Shown here: positions 35,401 to 45,351 of the stretch, one piece after another | Position numbering within the stretch: position 1 is the stretch's first letter | Layout of the letters: every line of letters begins with the position of its first letter | From: an uncultured virus (IMG/VR IMGVR_UViG_3300035145_003630) | Lineage: Duplodnaviria; Heunggongvirae; Uroviricota; Caudoviricetes | DNA: 58,867 nucleotides | Reading direction: 5' to 3' (one strand) | Virus record (IMG/VR): IMGVR_UViG_3300035145_003630 | The notes under the pieces: model-generated | Database searches by the model: none | The model's input: only the letters and a program-made list of their open reading frames with translations | Told to the model about the DNA's origin: nothing | Translations under genes and position numbers: made by a program

Positions 35401-38400
35401 GTTGGTGTTTCAGTCTGTGTTGGAGTAACCGATGAAGTCGGTGTATTTGTAGGTGTTAATGTAGGAGTAGGAGTAACACTTTGAGTTGGTGTAGGTGTCG
35501 GAGTTGGAGCAACAAAGATTACATCAACAGGACACGTACATGCGGAAGTGTTAACATTAGTAATACCCCAACTACTAATCACCTCACCAGGAGGAAGAAT
35601 AGAATTAAAGTTATATTCAACTTGATGGTCACCTGAAGGCCATGTTCTCACACCAGAATATGTAAACCCTGAACTACCAACCATATAACCACTAACCTCA
35701 TAATCACATAAGGATTCAGCAGGAATACTAAGAGCAGAATCAGTCCAAAGTTGTAATCTAATCTTATCACCCTGAACCACAAAACCCGAAAGATATTGAG
35801 TTGTCTGTGGACACGTTGCTGACGGAGTAACAGTCTGAGTCGGTGTTGCCGTGGATGTAGGTGTTTGTGTTGGGGTGACAGAACTTGTTGGTGTCACACT
35901 TGCCGTTGGTGTGACTGATGCAGTAACAGTTTGTGTTGGTGTTACTGTTGATGTCTGAGTTACCGATGGAGTCACCGTTTGAGTTGGGGTAACTGAGGCA
36001 GTTGGAGTTACCGATGCTGTTGGTGTAACAGATGAAGTCGGTGTATTTGTTTGTGTTACTGCAGGAGTTTCAGATGCAGTCACAGTTTGAGTAGGGGTAA
36101 ATGTTGGAGTTACTGTTGCTGTGACTGTTGGGGTAATACTCGCTGTTGGAGTAACCGATGCTGTTACGGTTGCCGTCACTGATGGTGTTGGTGTATTGGT
36201 TGGCGTCTCAGTCTGTGTTGGGGTAACAGATGAAGTTGGTGTCACACTTGCGGTTGGAGTATTTGTAGGTGTCTCCGTTTGTGTAGGAGTGACTGATGAA
36301 GTTGGTGTAACTGATGATGTTGGAGTATTCGTAGGAGTGATTGCTGGCGTCTGTGAAGCAGTAACAGTTTGTGTTGGAGTAAATGTTGGGGTAACAGTTG
36401 AAGTAACAGTTGGAGTGATACTTGCTGTTGGTGTTACAGATGCCGTGACTGTTGCAGTTACAGAAGGTGTCGGAGTATTAGAAGCTGTTACTGTTTGTGT
36501 TGGCGTAACTGATGCTGTCGGAGTGACAGATGCAGTTGGTGTCACACTCGCCGTAACTGTTTGGGTAGGTGTAACCGTAGCAGTTGGTGTAACTGATGAT
36601 GTTGGCGTATTCGTAGGAGTAATTGCTGGCGTTTGAGACGCAGTTACAGTCTGAGTAGGGGTGAATGTAGGTGTTACCGTAGCAGTCACTGTTGGGGTGA
36701 TAGATGCCGTTGGTGTAACGGATGAAGTAACAGTTGCAGTAACTGAAGGTGTTGGTGTATTAGACGCTGTTACTGTTTGTGTTGGAGTTACAGAAGCCGT
36801 AGGAGTATTGGTTGGTGTTACAGTATTAGATGGTGTAACAGTATTTGTAGGCGTGACTGACACAGTTGGAGTGACTGAACTTGTTTGAGTGTTAGTAGGT
36901 GTAATCGCAGGTGTAGATGAAGCCGTTACAGTTTGAGTCGGAGTAAATGTTGGAGTTACAGTTGCCGTAACTGTAGGCGTAATCGACGCAGTTGGAGTAA
37001 CCGATGCGGTCACTGTCGCAGTCACAGAAGGTGTTGGAGTATTAGACGCCGTTACTGTTTGGGTAGGGGTTACAGAAGCAGTTGGAGTGACTGAAGACGT
37101 AGGAGTGTTAGTTGGTGTCACAGTATTTGACGGTGTTACTGACGCAGTTGGGGTAACTGTAGATGTAGGTGTGTTTGTCGGTGTGATTGCTGGTGTTTGT
37201 GAAGCAGTAACTGTTGCGGTAACAGATGGGGTCGGCGTATTAGATGAGGTAACTGAAGGTGTTGGAGTCACACTTGAAGTCGGAGTAACTGTACTGGTAG
37301 GTGTAATGGTTGGAGTAACCGTATTTGATGGGGTTACAGTATTTGTTGGTGTAAATGTAGGAGTAACTGTATTTGAAGGGGTCACAGAAGCCGTAGGTGT
37401 AACAGACGCAGTTGGTGTATTTGTAGGAGTACTGGTATTTGACGGTGTTACCGTATTAGTCGGAGTTACACTCGCAGTAGGTGTATTAGTAGGGGTTACC
37501 TGTGCAGTTTGAGTCGGTGTATTAGTCGGGGTCACAGTAGATGTAGCAGTGACCGATGGTGTTGGTGTCACTGAGGATGTTGGAGTTACACTTGATGTCG
37601 GTGTATTTGTTGGGGTCACCGTATTCGAAGGTGTAACCGTATTAGTAGGGGTAAATGTAGGAGTTACCGTATTAGACGGAGTAACAGTATTTGTCGGAGT
37701 TACAGATGCTGTTGGCGTGTTTGTTGGAGTGACACTCGCAGTTGGTGTAACTGTAGATGTTGCAGTCACTGAAGGTGTCGGTGTATTCGTAGGAGTGACG
37801 GCCGGTGTCGAAGATGCAGTTACCGTTTGAGTCGGAGTATAAGTTGGAGTTACCGTAGCAGTAACAGTTGGTGTGATTGACGCTGTTGGAGTAACAGATG
37901 CCGTCACTGTCGCAGTGACAGAAGGTGTCGGAGTATTAGAAGCGGTAACTGTTTGTGTTGGAGTAACTGAAGCGGTTGGAGTGACGGACGATGTAGGCGT
38001 ATAAGTGGGTGTAACCGTATTTGTAGGCGTGACTGAAGCAGTTACTGTTGCCGTTGGAGTTATTGTCCTCGTTGGGGTATTTGTTGGGGTAGCAGTGTTA
38101 GAAGGGGTGACTGACGGAGTAGCCGTATTTGAAGGAGTTAGTGTCGCAGTCTTAGTCTGAGTAATAGTCGCAGTAATAGTAGGTGTTACCGAAGCAGTAG
38201 GAGTGTATGTCGGGGTGACTGTATTAGTAGGTGTATTACTTGGGGTGACTGTATTTGTAGGTGTAACCGTATTTGTTGGTGTAACAGATGCAGTTGGAGT
38301 ATTTGTCGGCGTCTCAGACGCAGTAGGAGTATTAGTCGGAGTTACTGTATTGGTAGGGGTATATGTTGGTGTAACAGTATTAGATGGTGTGACTGTATTA

Positions 38401-39974
38401 GTCGGCGTAACAGACGGAGTTACAGTATTTGATGGCGTAACAGATGGGGTGACAGTATTAGATGGTGTGACTGTATTGGTTGGTGTTACAGATGGGGTAA
38501 CCGTATTAGATGGAGTGACTGTATTGGTAGGGGTATTAGTCGGTGTCACCGTATTTGAAGGTGTAACCGAAGAAGTTGGTGTGTTTGTTGGTGTGGCAGT
38601 ATTAGACGGAGTAACCGTATTTGTTGGTGTGTTGGTCGGTGTACGTGTAGGCGTTCTCGTAGGTGATACTGATGGAGTAACAGAAGGTGTTGCGGTTCTG
38701 GTTGGTGTTCTCGTAGGACTTACCGAAGGAGTAACCGACGGTGTAGCAGTATTTGTCGGAGTAACGGGTGGAGTCCTCGATGGCGTAACAGAAGACGTAG
38801 GTGTTACGGGAGGTGTAGTAGACGGGGTAACCGATGGTGTCGGAGTCTTTGGTGGTGTTGATGATGGAGTCTTTGTCGGTGGAGGAGTATTCGTCGGCGT
38901 ACGAGTCGGAGTTCTTGTTGGCGTTCTCGTAGGTGTCACTGTTGGAGTTGCAGATACAGGAACATCACCACAACATTCGGTACATGTTTCAAATACAGAC
39001 GCAGTACATGTCGCAGCAGATTCACAATCAGGGACCACACCCTCAACAAAATAACAACACCCGTCACATCCGTCTAACTTTACAACCTGCCCAGCATTAG
39101 GACATGGAGAAAGGTTACTTATAGTTACAAATTGATTAGCCAATGCATAACCACAGTTAGAACAGTTACCAGGGTCTATTTCAACACAAGGTATTAAATA
39201 AACACAACAAGGGTCATTAATGTTTGTAACATCATAACCAACACCAGGTTCCATACCCGGTTCATAAGCAATTGGACCCTCTTGACCTTCACAAGCACCA
39301 CATCCTCCACCTGGATAAGTGTTTACAACACTACCAACAAATGAAACGTTAGCTTGAGGACAATTCTCAGCACAAGAGCCAGTGGCAATAACTTCCCAAC
39401 AAGCGTTAATATTATCAACAAAGGAATCACCAATCGCGAAATTGTAGACATTCTGAATACAAGCGAATGAACTACCAGTACGACAGTCACGAATACATGC
39501 ATAACCAACGTTATGGACAATATAACCATCAAGAAAATAATAATTTGGACCACTCAACGTAAAGTTATATAGTGGGTCCATTGAATAAACAATTTCTTTG
39601 GATGTAACCGGCTCATGTGTGATTTCACCATCAACCATCCTAACCAAATCATAATCACCACCAACAATAAAATTTAAGGTCTGAGCAAATCGATATTCAC
39701 CTGAAGGTTTGTGATAACCTAAAAGATGTTCGTCAATAACCCCCAAGTCATTTATCTGAAGGTAATTTCCCTGATGTTGATAGACATCAACAACTTCAGG
39801 AGTCTGAACATCTTCAATATTAAGTGTTAATGATTGTATTTCGGTGAAATCAATACCTGTTACAATTTCAGGTATATCAAAAGACAGAACTTGGTCCCCG
39901 AGTTGGATGTTTTCTATCGCAACCTGAGAACCATCAGATAATAAAACTTTTTGTCCTAATTTATATCCTGCCAT
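32436..39974 (-). CDS. giant (2512 aa) mucin-like Thr/Pro/Ser/Val protein with N-terminal Hint domain and Cys-rich modules
   Basis: Uninterrupted ORF. Residues 1-155 are Hint-like, followed by Cys-rich domains and about 2000 residues of TPT-type repeats with one globular insert. Preceded by TATTTAT. Confidence 0.9.
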   Translation of the reverse strand: MAGYKLGQKVLLSDGSQVAIENIQLGDQVLSFDIPEIVTGIDFTEIQSLTLNIEDVQTPEVVDVYQHQGNYLQINDLGVIDEHLLGYHKPSGEYRFAQTLNFIVGGDYDLVRMVDGEITHEPVTSKEIVYSMDPLYNFTLSGPNYYFLDGYIVHNVGYACIRDCRTGSSFACIQNVYNFAIGDSFVDNINACWEVIATGSCAENCPQANVSFVGSVVNTYPGGGCGACEGQEGPIAYEPGMEPGVGYDVTNINDPCCVYLIPCVEIDPGNCSNCGYALANQFVTISNLSPCPNAGQVVKLDGCDGCCYFVEGVVPDCESAATCTASVFETCTECCGDVPVSATPTVTPTRTPTRTPTRTPTNTPPPTKTPSSTPPKTPTPSVTPSTTPPVTPTSSVTPSRTPPVTPTNTATPSVTPSVSPTRTPTRTATPSVTPSVSPTRTPTRTPTNTPTNTVTPSNTATPTNTPTSSVTPSNTVTPTNTPTNTVTPSNTVTPSVTPTNTVTPSNTVTPSVTPSNTVTPSVTPTNTVTPSNTVTPTYTPTNTVTPTNTPTASETPTNTPTASVTPTNTVTPTNTVTPSNTPTNTVTPTYTPTASVTPTITATITQTKTATLTPSNTATPSVTPSNTATPTNTPTRTITPTATVTASVTPTNTVTPTYTPTSSVTPTASVTPTQTVTASNTPTPSVTATVTASVTPTASITPTVTATVTPTYTPTQTVTASSTPAVTPTNTPTPSVTATSTVTPTASVTPTNTPTASVTPTNTVTPSNTVTPTFTPTNTVTPSNTVTPTNTPTSSVTPTSSVTPTPSVTATSTVTPTNTPTQTAQVTPTNTPTASVTPTNTVTPSNTSTPTNTPTASVTPTASVTPSNTVTPTFTPTNTVTPSNTVTPTITPTSTVTPTSSVTPTPSVTSSNTPTPSVTATVTASQTPAITPTNTPTSTVTPTASVTPSNTVTPTNTPTSSVTPTASVTPTQTVTASNTPTPSVTATVTASVTPTASITPTVTATVTPTFTPTQTVTASSTPAITPTNTQTSSVTPTVSVTPTNTVTPSNTVTPTNTPTASVTPTQTVTASNTPTPSVTATVTSSVTPTASITPTVTATVTPTFTPTQTVTASQTPAITPTNTPTSSVTPTATVTPTQTVTASVTPTASVTPTASVTPTQTVTASNTPTPSVTATVTASVTPTASITPTVTSTVTPTFTPTQTVTASQTPAITPTNTPTSSVTPTSSVTPTQTETPTNTPTASVTPTSSVTPTQTETPTNTPTPSVTATVTASVTPTASITPTVTATVTPTFTPTQTVTASETPAVTQTNTPTSSVTPTASVTPTASVTPTQTVTPSVTQTSTVTPTQTVTASVTPTASVTPTSSVTPTQTPTSTATPTQTVTPSATCPQTTQYLSGFVVQGDKIRLQLWTDSALSIPAESLCDYEVSGYMVGSSGFTYSGVRTWPSGDHQVEYNFNSILPPGEVISSWGITNVNTSACTCPVDVIFVAPTPTPTPTQSVTPTPTLTPTNTPTSSVTPTQTETPTNTPTASVTATVTASVTPTASITPTVTATVTPTFTPTQTVTASETPAVTQTNTPTSSVTPTASVTPTQTVTPTQTVTTSVTPTASVTPTSSVTPTQTLTPSVTATITASVTPTASITPTVTATVTPTFTPTQTVTPSETPGSTPTNTPTSSVTPTASVTPTNTVTPTQTVTASVTPTSSVTPTQTETPTNTPTPSVTATVTASVTPTASITPTVTATVTPTFTPTQTVTPSETPGVTPTSTPTATVTQTSSVTPTASVTPTASVTPTTSNTPTPSVTATVTASVTPTASVTPTITSSVTPTVTQTQTVTPSETPVSTPTNTPTSSVTPTASVTPTASVTPTSSVTPTPSVTATVTASVTATASVTPTVTASETPTSTPTQTVTPSETPISTPTNTPTASVTPTSSVTPTASVTPTSSVTPTSTVTPSITATITPSNTQTLTPTQTVTASETPGVTPTNTPTSSVTPTASVTPTASVTPTNTSTPTQTVTSTVTSTPTETPTNTPTASVTPTVTASETPTSTPTQTVTPSETPQVTPTNTPTSSVTPTASVTPTASVTPTASVTPTASVTPTLTATITPSNTQTLTPTQTVTPSETPGSTPTNTPTQTVTQTSSVTPTASVTPTQTVTPSSSVTPTPSVTASVTPTVTNTNTPTGSVTPTVTASETPTSTPTQTVTPSETPGGTPTNTPTQTATLTPTPSITSSVTPSVTPSLTATQTPTVTVTPSITASATPTYTPTQTVTQTVTPSETPGGTPTSTPTSTHTPTQTATVTSSNTPTPSNTVTITPTSTVTQTPGGTPSPTPTNTPLSTQTPTVTSTPTVTPTHTVTPSTSSILQDCSVYELEVTKLGTEGLFEYWYDECSDTLCGTVRQSHGIIYKVPTTITICAQQNTVIFPPQYPSSAYTLTNICNNCCSGPAITSTPSPSNTPTISVSPTNTPTISVSPTNTPTISNSPTNTPSISVSPTYTPTPSVTPTEGGPFTVFMFIPNL
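32910..38945 (-). repeat. degenerate coding repeats (4-6 aa units such as [16 protein letters not shown]) with higher-order blocks
   Basis: Protein-level periodicity with heavily varied synonymous codons. Interrupted by a globular insert at 35511-35813. Confidence 0.9.
39510..39974 (-). other. Hint (intein-like/BIL-type) domain
   Basis: [25 protein letters not shown] (block A), DEH (block B), [18 protein letters not shown] (blocks F/G). Confidence 0.85.
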
Positions 39975-40020
39975 TTCCTGATACCCTTAACCTATAAATA
40001 ATCGGTTAACCCCTTTTGTA

Positions 40021-42381
40021 TCAGGATTCTTTCCTTAAACTTCCGTCGTAATGGTCAAATCTATCATGTTCTGTTGGACTTAATAATAAGATACCTGGAT
40101 TAATGTTTCCTTTGATTGTTTCTTGGAACATATAAGACATCCATGTTTGTTCATATGGACGAGCCCATTTCTCAGTTAGGAACATCTTTTCATTACCATA
40201 TTTTGAAACCACTTGAGGCCAGTTACAGTAATATATCTCACCGTGAGCAAATGGGATACCTTGGAATGAATCCACCTTAGTTAGTTTTGTTTTTGGGGCA
40301 TTTGGGTCCAACCCTTGAACGGGTAAGTTTGGTTTTTCAGGCCAATGTTCTTCTCTAATATGTTGAGGTACATTGTACCACGCCCACTGTACTCTGTTAT
40401 CACCGTAGAATTCGGTGAATGATAGTTTTACGAAATCAAAGTTGTTTTTCTTTGCAATTTTAAGAGAATTTCTATAAAGATTTTTAACATATCTATTGAA
40501 TCCATTCTTACAAACCTCACCCTCTTTTGGATAGAAGAACATATCATCTTCAAAGAAGAAATAATAGTCAAATCCTCTTTCTTCTGCGTCCTCAGCAACC
40601 CATTGACGACCACCACAAATACCTAAGTTGTCTTTCTTAACATAAATCATGTTATATTCTTCAGCCATCTCTTCATACTCAGGTGATGTTGATAAATCCG
40701 TTGAATTATCCAACATTACCCACTGTGGTTTCGTTACAAAATCTTCATCGTATTGTTTCATTGATTCAATCAATGTTCTTACCTGATTAGGACTGTTAAA
40801 TGTAATCACATAAAGACCCACATTGTCAATATCCAAATCGTTGGTGATGATTTCAAACTTCGCTTCGTGTAATGGTTTGTGATTATCATTTTTAACGTCT
40901 TCAAAGAACTTATTGATTAATCCGTTACCATTGATTGGGAAATACTGATAGTTTTCAGGGTATCTATACAACAATAATGTGAATAAAGACTCTTCAGTAC
41001 CCATATACCCTTCATTGAGGGTAGATTTCATGATACCGTAGTATTCATTGTTGAAATCGGCAATATCTTCAATCGGTCCACCGAAGAAACCACCACGACA
41101 AACCTTATTGACCTTAGCTCTGGCAATTTCGTTCATCTTTTTGATTTCAAAACCGTGAATTTCAGTGTCAGACTCATAAGGGAACGCTACGAAAGTCATC
41201 TTATCAATCTTTGTCAGTTTGTCTAAGACCCTATCATGAGTAAAGTACCCTGAATGTACGGTATTAGTGATACCAGCATCCAACCAGAATAAATGAGTCG
41301 AACCAAACTTATCCATAATCTTTGCATCGTGTAACAAATAAGGTTTTGACATCACCAAAGGATTATACATATCTAACCTACCTTGAGTAGACTCAGATAA
41401 CCACCCTACTTGGTTTTGCCAGTCAGGGTTTGTGCGGATTCTTTGAATCGGTTCATAGAATTCTCCTTTGAACCACTCTTGGCTACGACCAATGAATTGT
41501 GTGTTTTCATCCGTTCTTCTTTCCATGACAAAATCTCTTAATTCTTCATCACCAAACACAATCATGTTGTAAGGTATCTTAAGAATCTCGTCAAATTTCT
41601 CTAAATAATGTTCAAAACTACGTGACCAACCTTCTCCTAATTCATCACGTTTGATGTTCCATAAACCTGTAACTATAGTAATTCCATTGTTTTCCATTTC
41701 TCCGTAAAGTTCTTTGTATATGTAATTTTTTATTCCGACGATGTCTCCACCTTCTAATCCATAAACATAATCATGTTCATCAAATTTTTGTATGATTTTT
41801 TCCTTATCTTCATCAACTAAACTCGACCATTCTAACCTAACAATCTTTGGTGAATGTCTTTCAAAATCAATTTGTTTGAAGATGGTATAATCATGTCCTT
41901 CGGCATCAATCTTTATCACATCATATGCAAGTATTTCATGCTTATTCAGAAGATTATCTAATGTGATTGTTGGTACTGTAATTCTTGTACCATATTTCTC
42001 AACAGTTTCCCTATCACCTTCACTCCCCAAACCATTCTTTGGTGGATATATAGCACTCATCCCCATAAAACAGGAATGAATCTTACCTTCCTCGATTGCG
42101 AAAGGATTGATGGTAACCATTTCCACCTCACCATTTTGGTCAGATACTGCCGCATTTTCAAACTTATGTCTGTCCCCCAAATTCTTAACTAATTTTTGAA
42201 AGTAATATGGAATTGGCTCAACATATAAACCAGTGAATTGATATGCGTTAGTGTACCCAATCAACTCGTCAAAAGTTTGACCGTCCATCGCACCAATGTT
42301 AAGTGTAAAAAGTTTGTGACCTTGTTTACCTAAGTGGTGTAAGGCTTCATTGAAATAATCTGTTCTCTCTAATACTAACAT
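40021..42381 (-). CDS. fusion of FkbM-family methyltransferase, HtrL-like domain and GT-A/GT2-like glycosyltransferase domain
   Basis: NIGAMDG..VEP..IKIDAEGHD (FkbM); TIVTGLWNIKR..WLDAG..GGFFGG..GTEE (HtrL); DNS..NLGICGGRQ..FFEDD (GT-A). Start placed at ATG 42381. Confidence 0.8.
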   Translation of the reverse strand: MLVLERTDYFNEALHHLGKQGHKLFTLNIGAMDGQTFDELIGYTNAYQFTGLYVEPIPYYFQKLVKNLGDRHKFENAAVSDQNGEVEMVTINPFAIEEGKIHSCFMGMSAIYPPKNGLGSEGDRETVEKYGTRITVPTITLDNLLNKHEILAYDVIKIDAEGHDYTIFKQIDFERHSPKIVRLEWSSLVDEDKEKIIQKFDEHDYVYGLEGGDIVGIKNYIYKELYGEMENNGITIVTGLWNIKRDELGEGWSRSFEHYLEKFDEILKIPYNMIVFGDEELRDFVMERRTDENTQFIGRSQEWFKGEFYEPIQRIRTNPDWQNQVGWLSESTQGRLDMYNPLVMSKPYLLHDAKIMDKFGSTHLFWLDAGITNTVHSGYFTHDRVLDKLTKIDKMTFVAFPYESDTEIHGFEIKKMNEIARAKVNKVCRGGFFGGPIEDIADFNNEYYGIMKSTLNEGYMGTEESLFTLLLYRYPENYQYFPINGNGLINKFFEDVKNDNHKPLHEAKFEIITNDLDIDNVGLYVITFNSPNQVRTLIESMKQYDEDFVTKPQWVMLDNSTDLSTSPEYEEMAEEYNMIYVKKDNLGICGGRQWVAEDAEERGFDYYFFFEDDMFFYPKEGEVCKNGFNRYVKNLYRNSLKIAKKNNFDFVKLSFTEFYGDNRVQWAWYNVPQHIREEHWPEKPNLPVQGLDPNAPKTKLTKVDSFQGIPFAHGEIYYCNWPQVVSKYGNEKMFLTEKWARPYEQTWMSYMFQETIKGNINPGILLLSPTEHDRFDHYDGSLRKES

Positions 42382-42908
42382 TATGTTAAGACTATAAAGT
42401 TTTTCTGCCACCCCTCATATTGTGTCCATGTTTTTCCTAAAAGTTCTGCAGTTTCAATCGCGAAGTTATACTCATCTTCTCTGTGAGTGTCATCCATAAT
42501 AATTGGTACATTAGTGTTAAATCTGTCCCAATACTTTGCAATATTGTTTCTCGTTTTTTGTTGGTCAAGATTCGGAGGTCCATCCACAATAATCAAAGAA
42601 TACTCTTCAGGTAAGGAATTAAATACCACTTCAGGGTCATACCATCCATCAACAATTTCAGCTAAAATGTAATTTGCCTTTGGTGCCAATCTTGTGAACC
42701 TCTCTTGATGTTCAACAGGATAAACTGTATGGTATCTACTTAACTCAATAGTTCCACTACCACTACCAAATTCAATAATAGTTTCACCTTGAGGGATATT
42801 ATCAAGAATCCACTCATAACATTCAACAGATATCGCCCATCCATCGAGGTTATTAAAGTTAATGTCTCTTGCTTTTAGTTTTGGATAAATTTCATTTAAT
42901 CTATTCAT
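42381..42908 (-). CDS. class I SAM-dependent methyltransferase
   Basis: IIEFGSGSGT, VEH, LIIVDGP and IIMDD. Confidence 0.85.
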   Translation of the reverse strand: MNRLNEIYPKLKARDINFNNLDGWAISVECYEWILDNIPQGETIIEFGSGSGTIELSRYHTVYPVEHQERFTRLAPKANYILAEIVDGWYDPEVVFNSLPEEYSLIIVDGPPNLDQQKTRNNIAKYWDRFNTNVPIIMDDTHREDEYNFAIETAELLGKTWTQYEGWQKNFIVLT

Positions 42909-43783
42909 AATTGTTCAAAAAATGTGTAGAAACTGATTTTATCTTTTAAGAACTCAGGAGTTACAGATTTATCAGTTAATGAAGAATCATCGTGATACCA
43001 TGTGTTGAACTTATATGAACGATAATTCTCTGGTTTATCATAAACCATAGTCGCCATTATTGCTTCATGGTTTAATAAAAATTCTTTTCTTAATGCCGTT
43101 TGAGCATAGTCCTCAAATCTTTGAAAGAAATCAGGTAATTTACTTACGTGACCACCAATAATACCACCGATAGATAATGAATCGTACATATGGTCCTTAT
43201 CTAATATCTCATTAAGTTTTCTGTGGTCGTGGAAGAATAAAGTATTTCTAATATCAATTAATTTATCACCCACCCAATTGTTAATCTTTGGAAACGTTTC
43301 AGTATTAAAAATACCATCATAAGTGTACCTATATTTGTTTACTGAAAGACCTGTAATCTTATCAGCGTTTGAGTTGTATCTTCTCGGATACAAACCAATA
43401 TGTGATAATCCACAGTCAATCCAATATAGATAATCTAAACCCTCTTCCATTTCATCTTCCATCAAAGCTATTTTTGCCCAACCAACTTCCAAATAAAATT
43501 TGAACTTATCAGGGTTTTTTTCTTTTATTTCAATCATTTTTTTACTGTGACGGATATCTTCCAATTCTTTTACCTTGACTGTTACATTAGTAACTTCATT
43601 CTCATCAAGAAAATCTTGTAATGCCTCTGCTGTATTCGAACCTGTATAACAAACAATGGGTAAACCCATTTGAGATAGTTGTACCAACGAATTGATATAC
43701 CTATCCCAACGGGCTTGAACCTTATGACCAAAGAATGGGAAATCACCCAATCCGAAATATAAAAATGTTACTAATTTTGTCAT
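42905..43783 (-). CDS. HtrL/YibB-like putative glycosyltransferase
   Basis: YWIDCGL, GGIIGG and HEAIM parallel the HtrL-like domain of the downstream fusion. Start placed at ATG 43783. Confidence 0.7.
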   Translation of the reverse strand: MTKLVTFLYFGLGDFPFFGHKVQARWDRYINSLVQLSQMGLPIVCYTGSNTAEALQDFLDENEVTNVTVKVKELEDIRHSKKMIEIKEKNPDKFKFYLEVGWAKIALMEDEMEEGLDYLYWIDCGLSHIGLYPRRYNSNADKITGLSVNKYRYTYDGIFNTETFPKINNWVGDKLIDIRNTLFFHDHRKLNEILDKDHMYDSLSIGGIIGGHVSKLPDFFQRFEDYAQTALRKEFLLNHEAIMATMVYDKPENYRSYKFNTWYHDDSSLTDKSVTPEFLKDKISFYTFFEQL

Positions 43784-45351
43784 TTTTTGAAGTAGTAATC
43801 CTCTAATAAGAGACAATCCATCTCTGTTTTATCATACACCTTAAATGCATCTGAGTATCTCGAAAGAATTGGTTTACCGTTTACGTTGAATGAAGTATTC
43901 AACAACACACCAATTCCCGATTTCTTTTCAAACTCAGTCAATAAGTTATACAACCAAGGATTTTGTTCTTCAGTTACTGTTTGAACACGAGCAGTACCAT
44001 CAACGTGAGTAATAGAAACTAATTTTTCTCTCCACTCTTCTTTTACCGTTGGACAGAAACTCATCCATCTACTCTCACCCTCAAAGTCAAAATACTTTTC
44101 AACATCCTCCAACTTACATACAGGGGCAAATGGTCTGTACCACTCTCTGTTTTTAACCTTAGCGTTCAAAATATCTTTCATATCAGGATATGCCGGATTA
44201 CAAATGATACTACGGTTACCCAACGCTCTCGGTCCGTGTTCTGAGGTACCTCTAACGACACCGACGATACTACCGTTAGCCAAGTCATCAGTCAATGTAT
44301 CAATACTCAACTCACGACCACGTCTTTCCTCAACGTGAGACATCAATGTATGTTTATCCAATACAGGAACACCCGCATATGTTACGTCAACAGCCTTCTC
44401 AGGTTTCATATGATTCAGAATCATACCTGTAGCAATACCACAGTCATTAGGGTTAGGTGGAACAAACACAGGACGGTCCAATATCTGTTGTAGTTTGGTG
44501 TTAAGAAGTATATTAAGAGCACACCCACCAACTGTAATCAACGGAATATTCGGATACTCATCCAAAAACGGTTGAGCCATCTCCATGAAAACATTCTCAA
44601 AAGCAATTTGTGACGTTTTGGCAACATCCCAAGATGTCTGTCCTGTCAATCGGTTATTGATATCAAAAACCAACCCCGTTTGTTCACCTAATTCACCTAA
44701 AAACTCGATATAGTTCAAACCATCAGGTTTTCTTCTATAGTAATTCTCAAAGTGTGGTAACCAATCTTCATTCACCTCACCATAAGAACATAATCCCATG
44801 ATTTTTCCTGAATAAACTAAGTTACCAATATTCAATGCAGGTTCCTTACGGATATCACCCAAGTAATCACCGAATGACATATAAGGGAAACCTAAATCCA
44901 AATTATATTTGTCTAATAACGTAATTGTTTCCCTATCAGAAGCGTGATATACATTGAAGAAACCATCATTACCTCCTCCATCAAAAGAGATAATCAAAGC
45001 TTCATCGTAATCAGTTTGATATAGACCACAAGCCGCGTGACTCAAATGGTGAAGACAGTTGATGTGTTCTTTAGCGGGGATAAGTTTCTCATAGTGAACT
45101 TTAGTTCCACCTTCCAAAGTATCTGAGTTTAAGTAGTAACACTTATCATACTCAGAAATACCATATTCATCTTCAATAAATTTTAAGATATGTTTAAGTA
45201 GATAAGGTCTTGTATATGAAACCAAATACTGAGCATAACCCGCATTCTTTTCACTCAAAAATCTTTCTACTTCAATTACTGTAATTAATTCCCCATTCTC
45301 CTCAACCGCTACCGCTGCGTTGTGGGAACCATAAAACGCTATATTCGCCAT
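43780..45351 (-). CDS. carbamoyltransferase, NodU/CmcH/TobZ family
   Basis: HNAA, ERF, HHLSHA, DGGG, GKIMGL, GGCALN, NDCG, EHGPRALGNRSI, REWYRPFAP, HVDGTARVQTV and LNTSFN. Confidence 0.95.
   Translation of the reverse strand: MANIAFYGSHNAAVAVEENGELITVIEVERFLSEKNAGYAQYLVSYTRPYLLKHILKFIEDEYGISEYDKCYYLNSDTLEGGTKVHYEKLIPAKEHINCLHHLSHAACGLYQTDYDEALIISFDGGGNDGFFNVYHASDRETITLLDKYNLDLGFPYMSFGDYLGDIRKEPALNIGNLVYSGKIMGLCSYGEVNEDWLPHFENYYRRKPDGLNYIEFLGELGEQTGLVFDINNRLTGQTSWDVAKTSQIAFENVFMEMAQPFLDEYPNIPLITVGGCALNILLNTKLQQILDRPVFVPPNPNDCGIATGMILNHMKPEKAVDVTYAGVPVLDKHTLMSHVEERRGRELSIDTLTDDLANGSIVGVVRGTSEHGPRALGNRSIICNPAYPDMKDILNAKVKNREWYRPFAPVCKLEDVEKYFDFEGESRWMSFCPTVKEEWREKLVSITHVDGTARVQTVTEEQNPWLYNLLTEFEKKSGIGVLLNTSFNVNGKPILSRYSDAFKVYDKTEMDCLLLEDYYFKK

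Noticed and set aside
32910..38945. Possible CRISPR array or non-coding tandem repeat
   Set aside because: There is no constant repeat with unique spacers. Variation is at third codon positions within one open frame.
32910..38945. Ice-binding/antifreeze protein suggested by TxT periodicity
   Set aside because: Pro every 4-6 residues is hard to reconcile with the beta-solenoid of TxT antifreeze proteins. An extended mucin-like stalk fits better.
39510..39974. Canonical mobile intein
   Set aside because: No N-extein, no Cys/Ser1, no Cys/Ser/Thr at +1 and no homing endonuclease.
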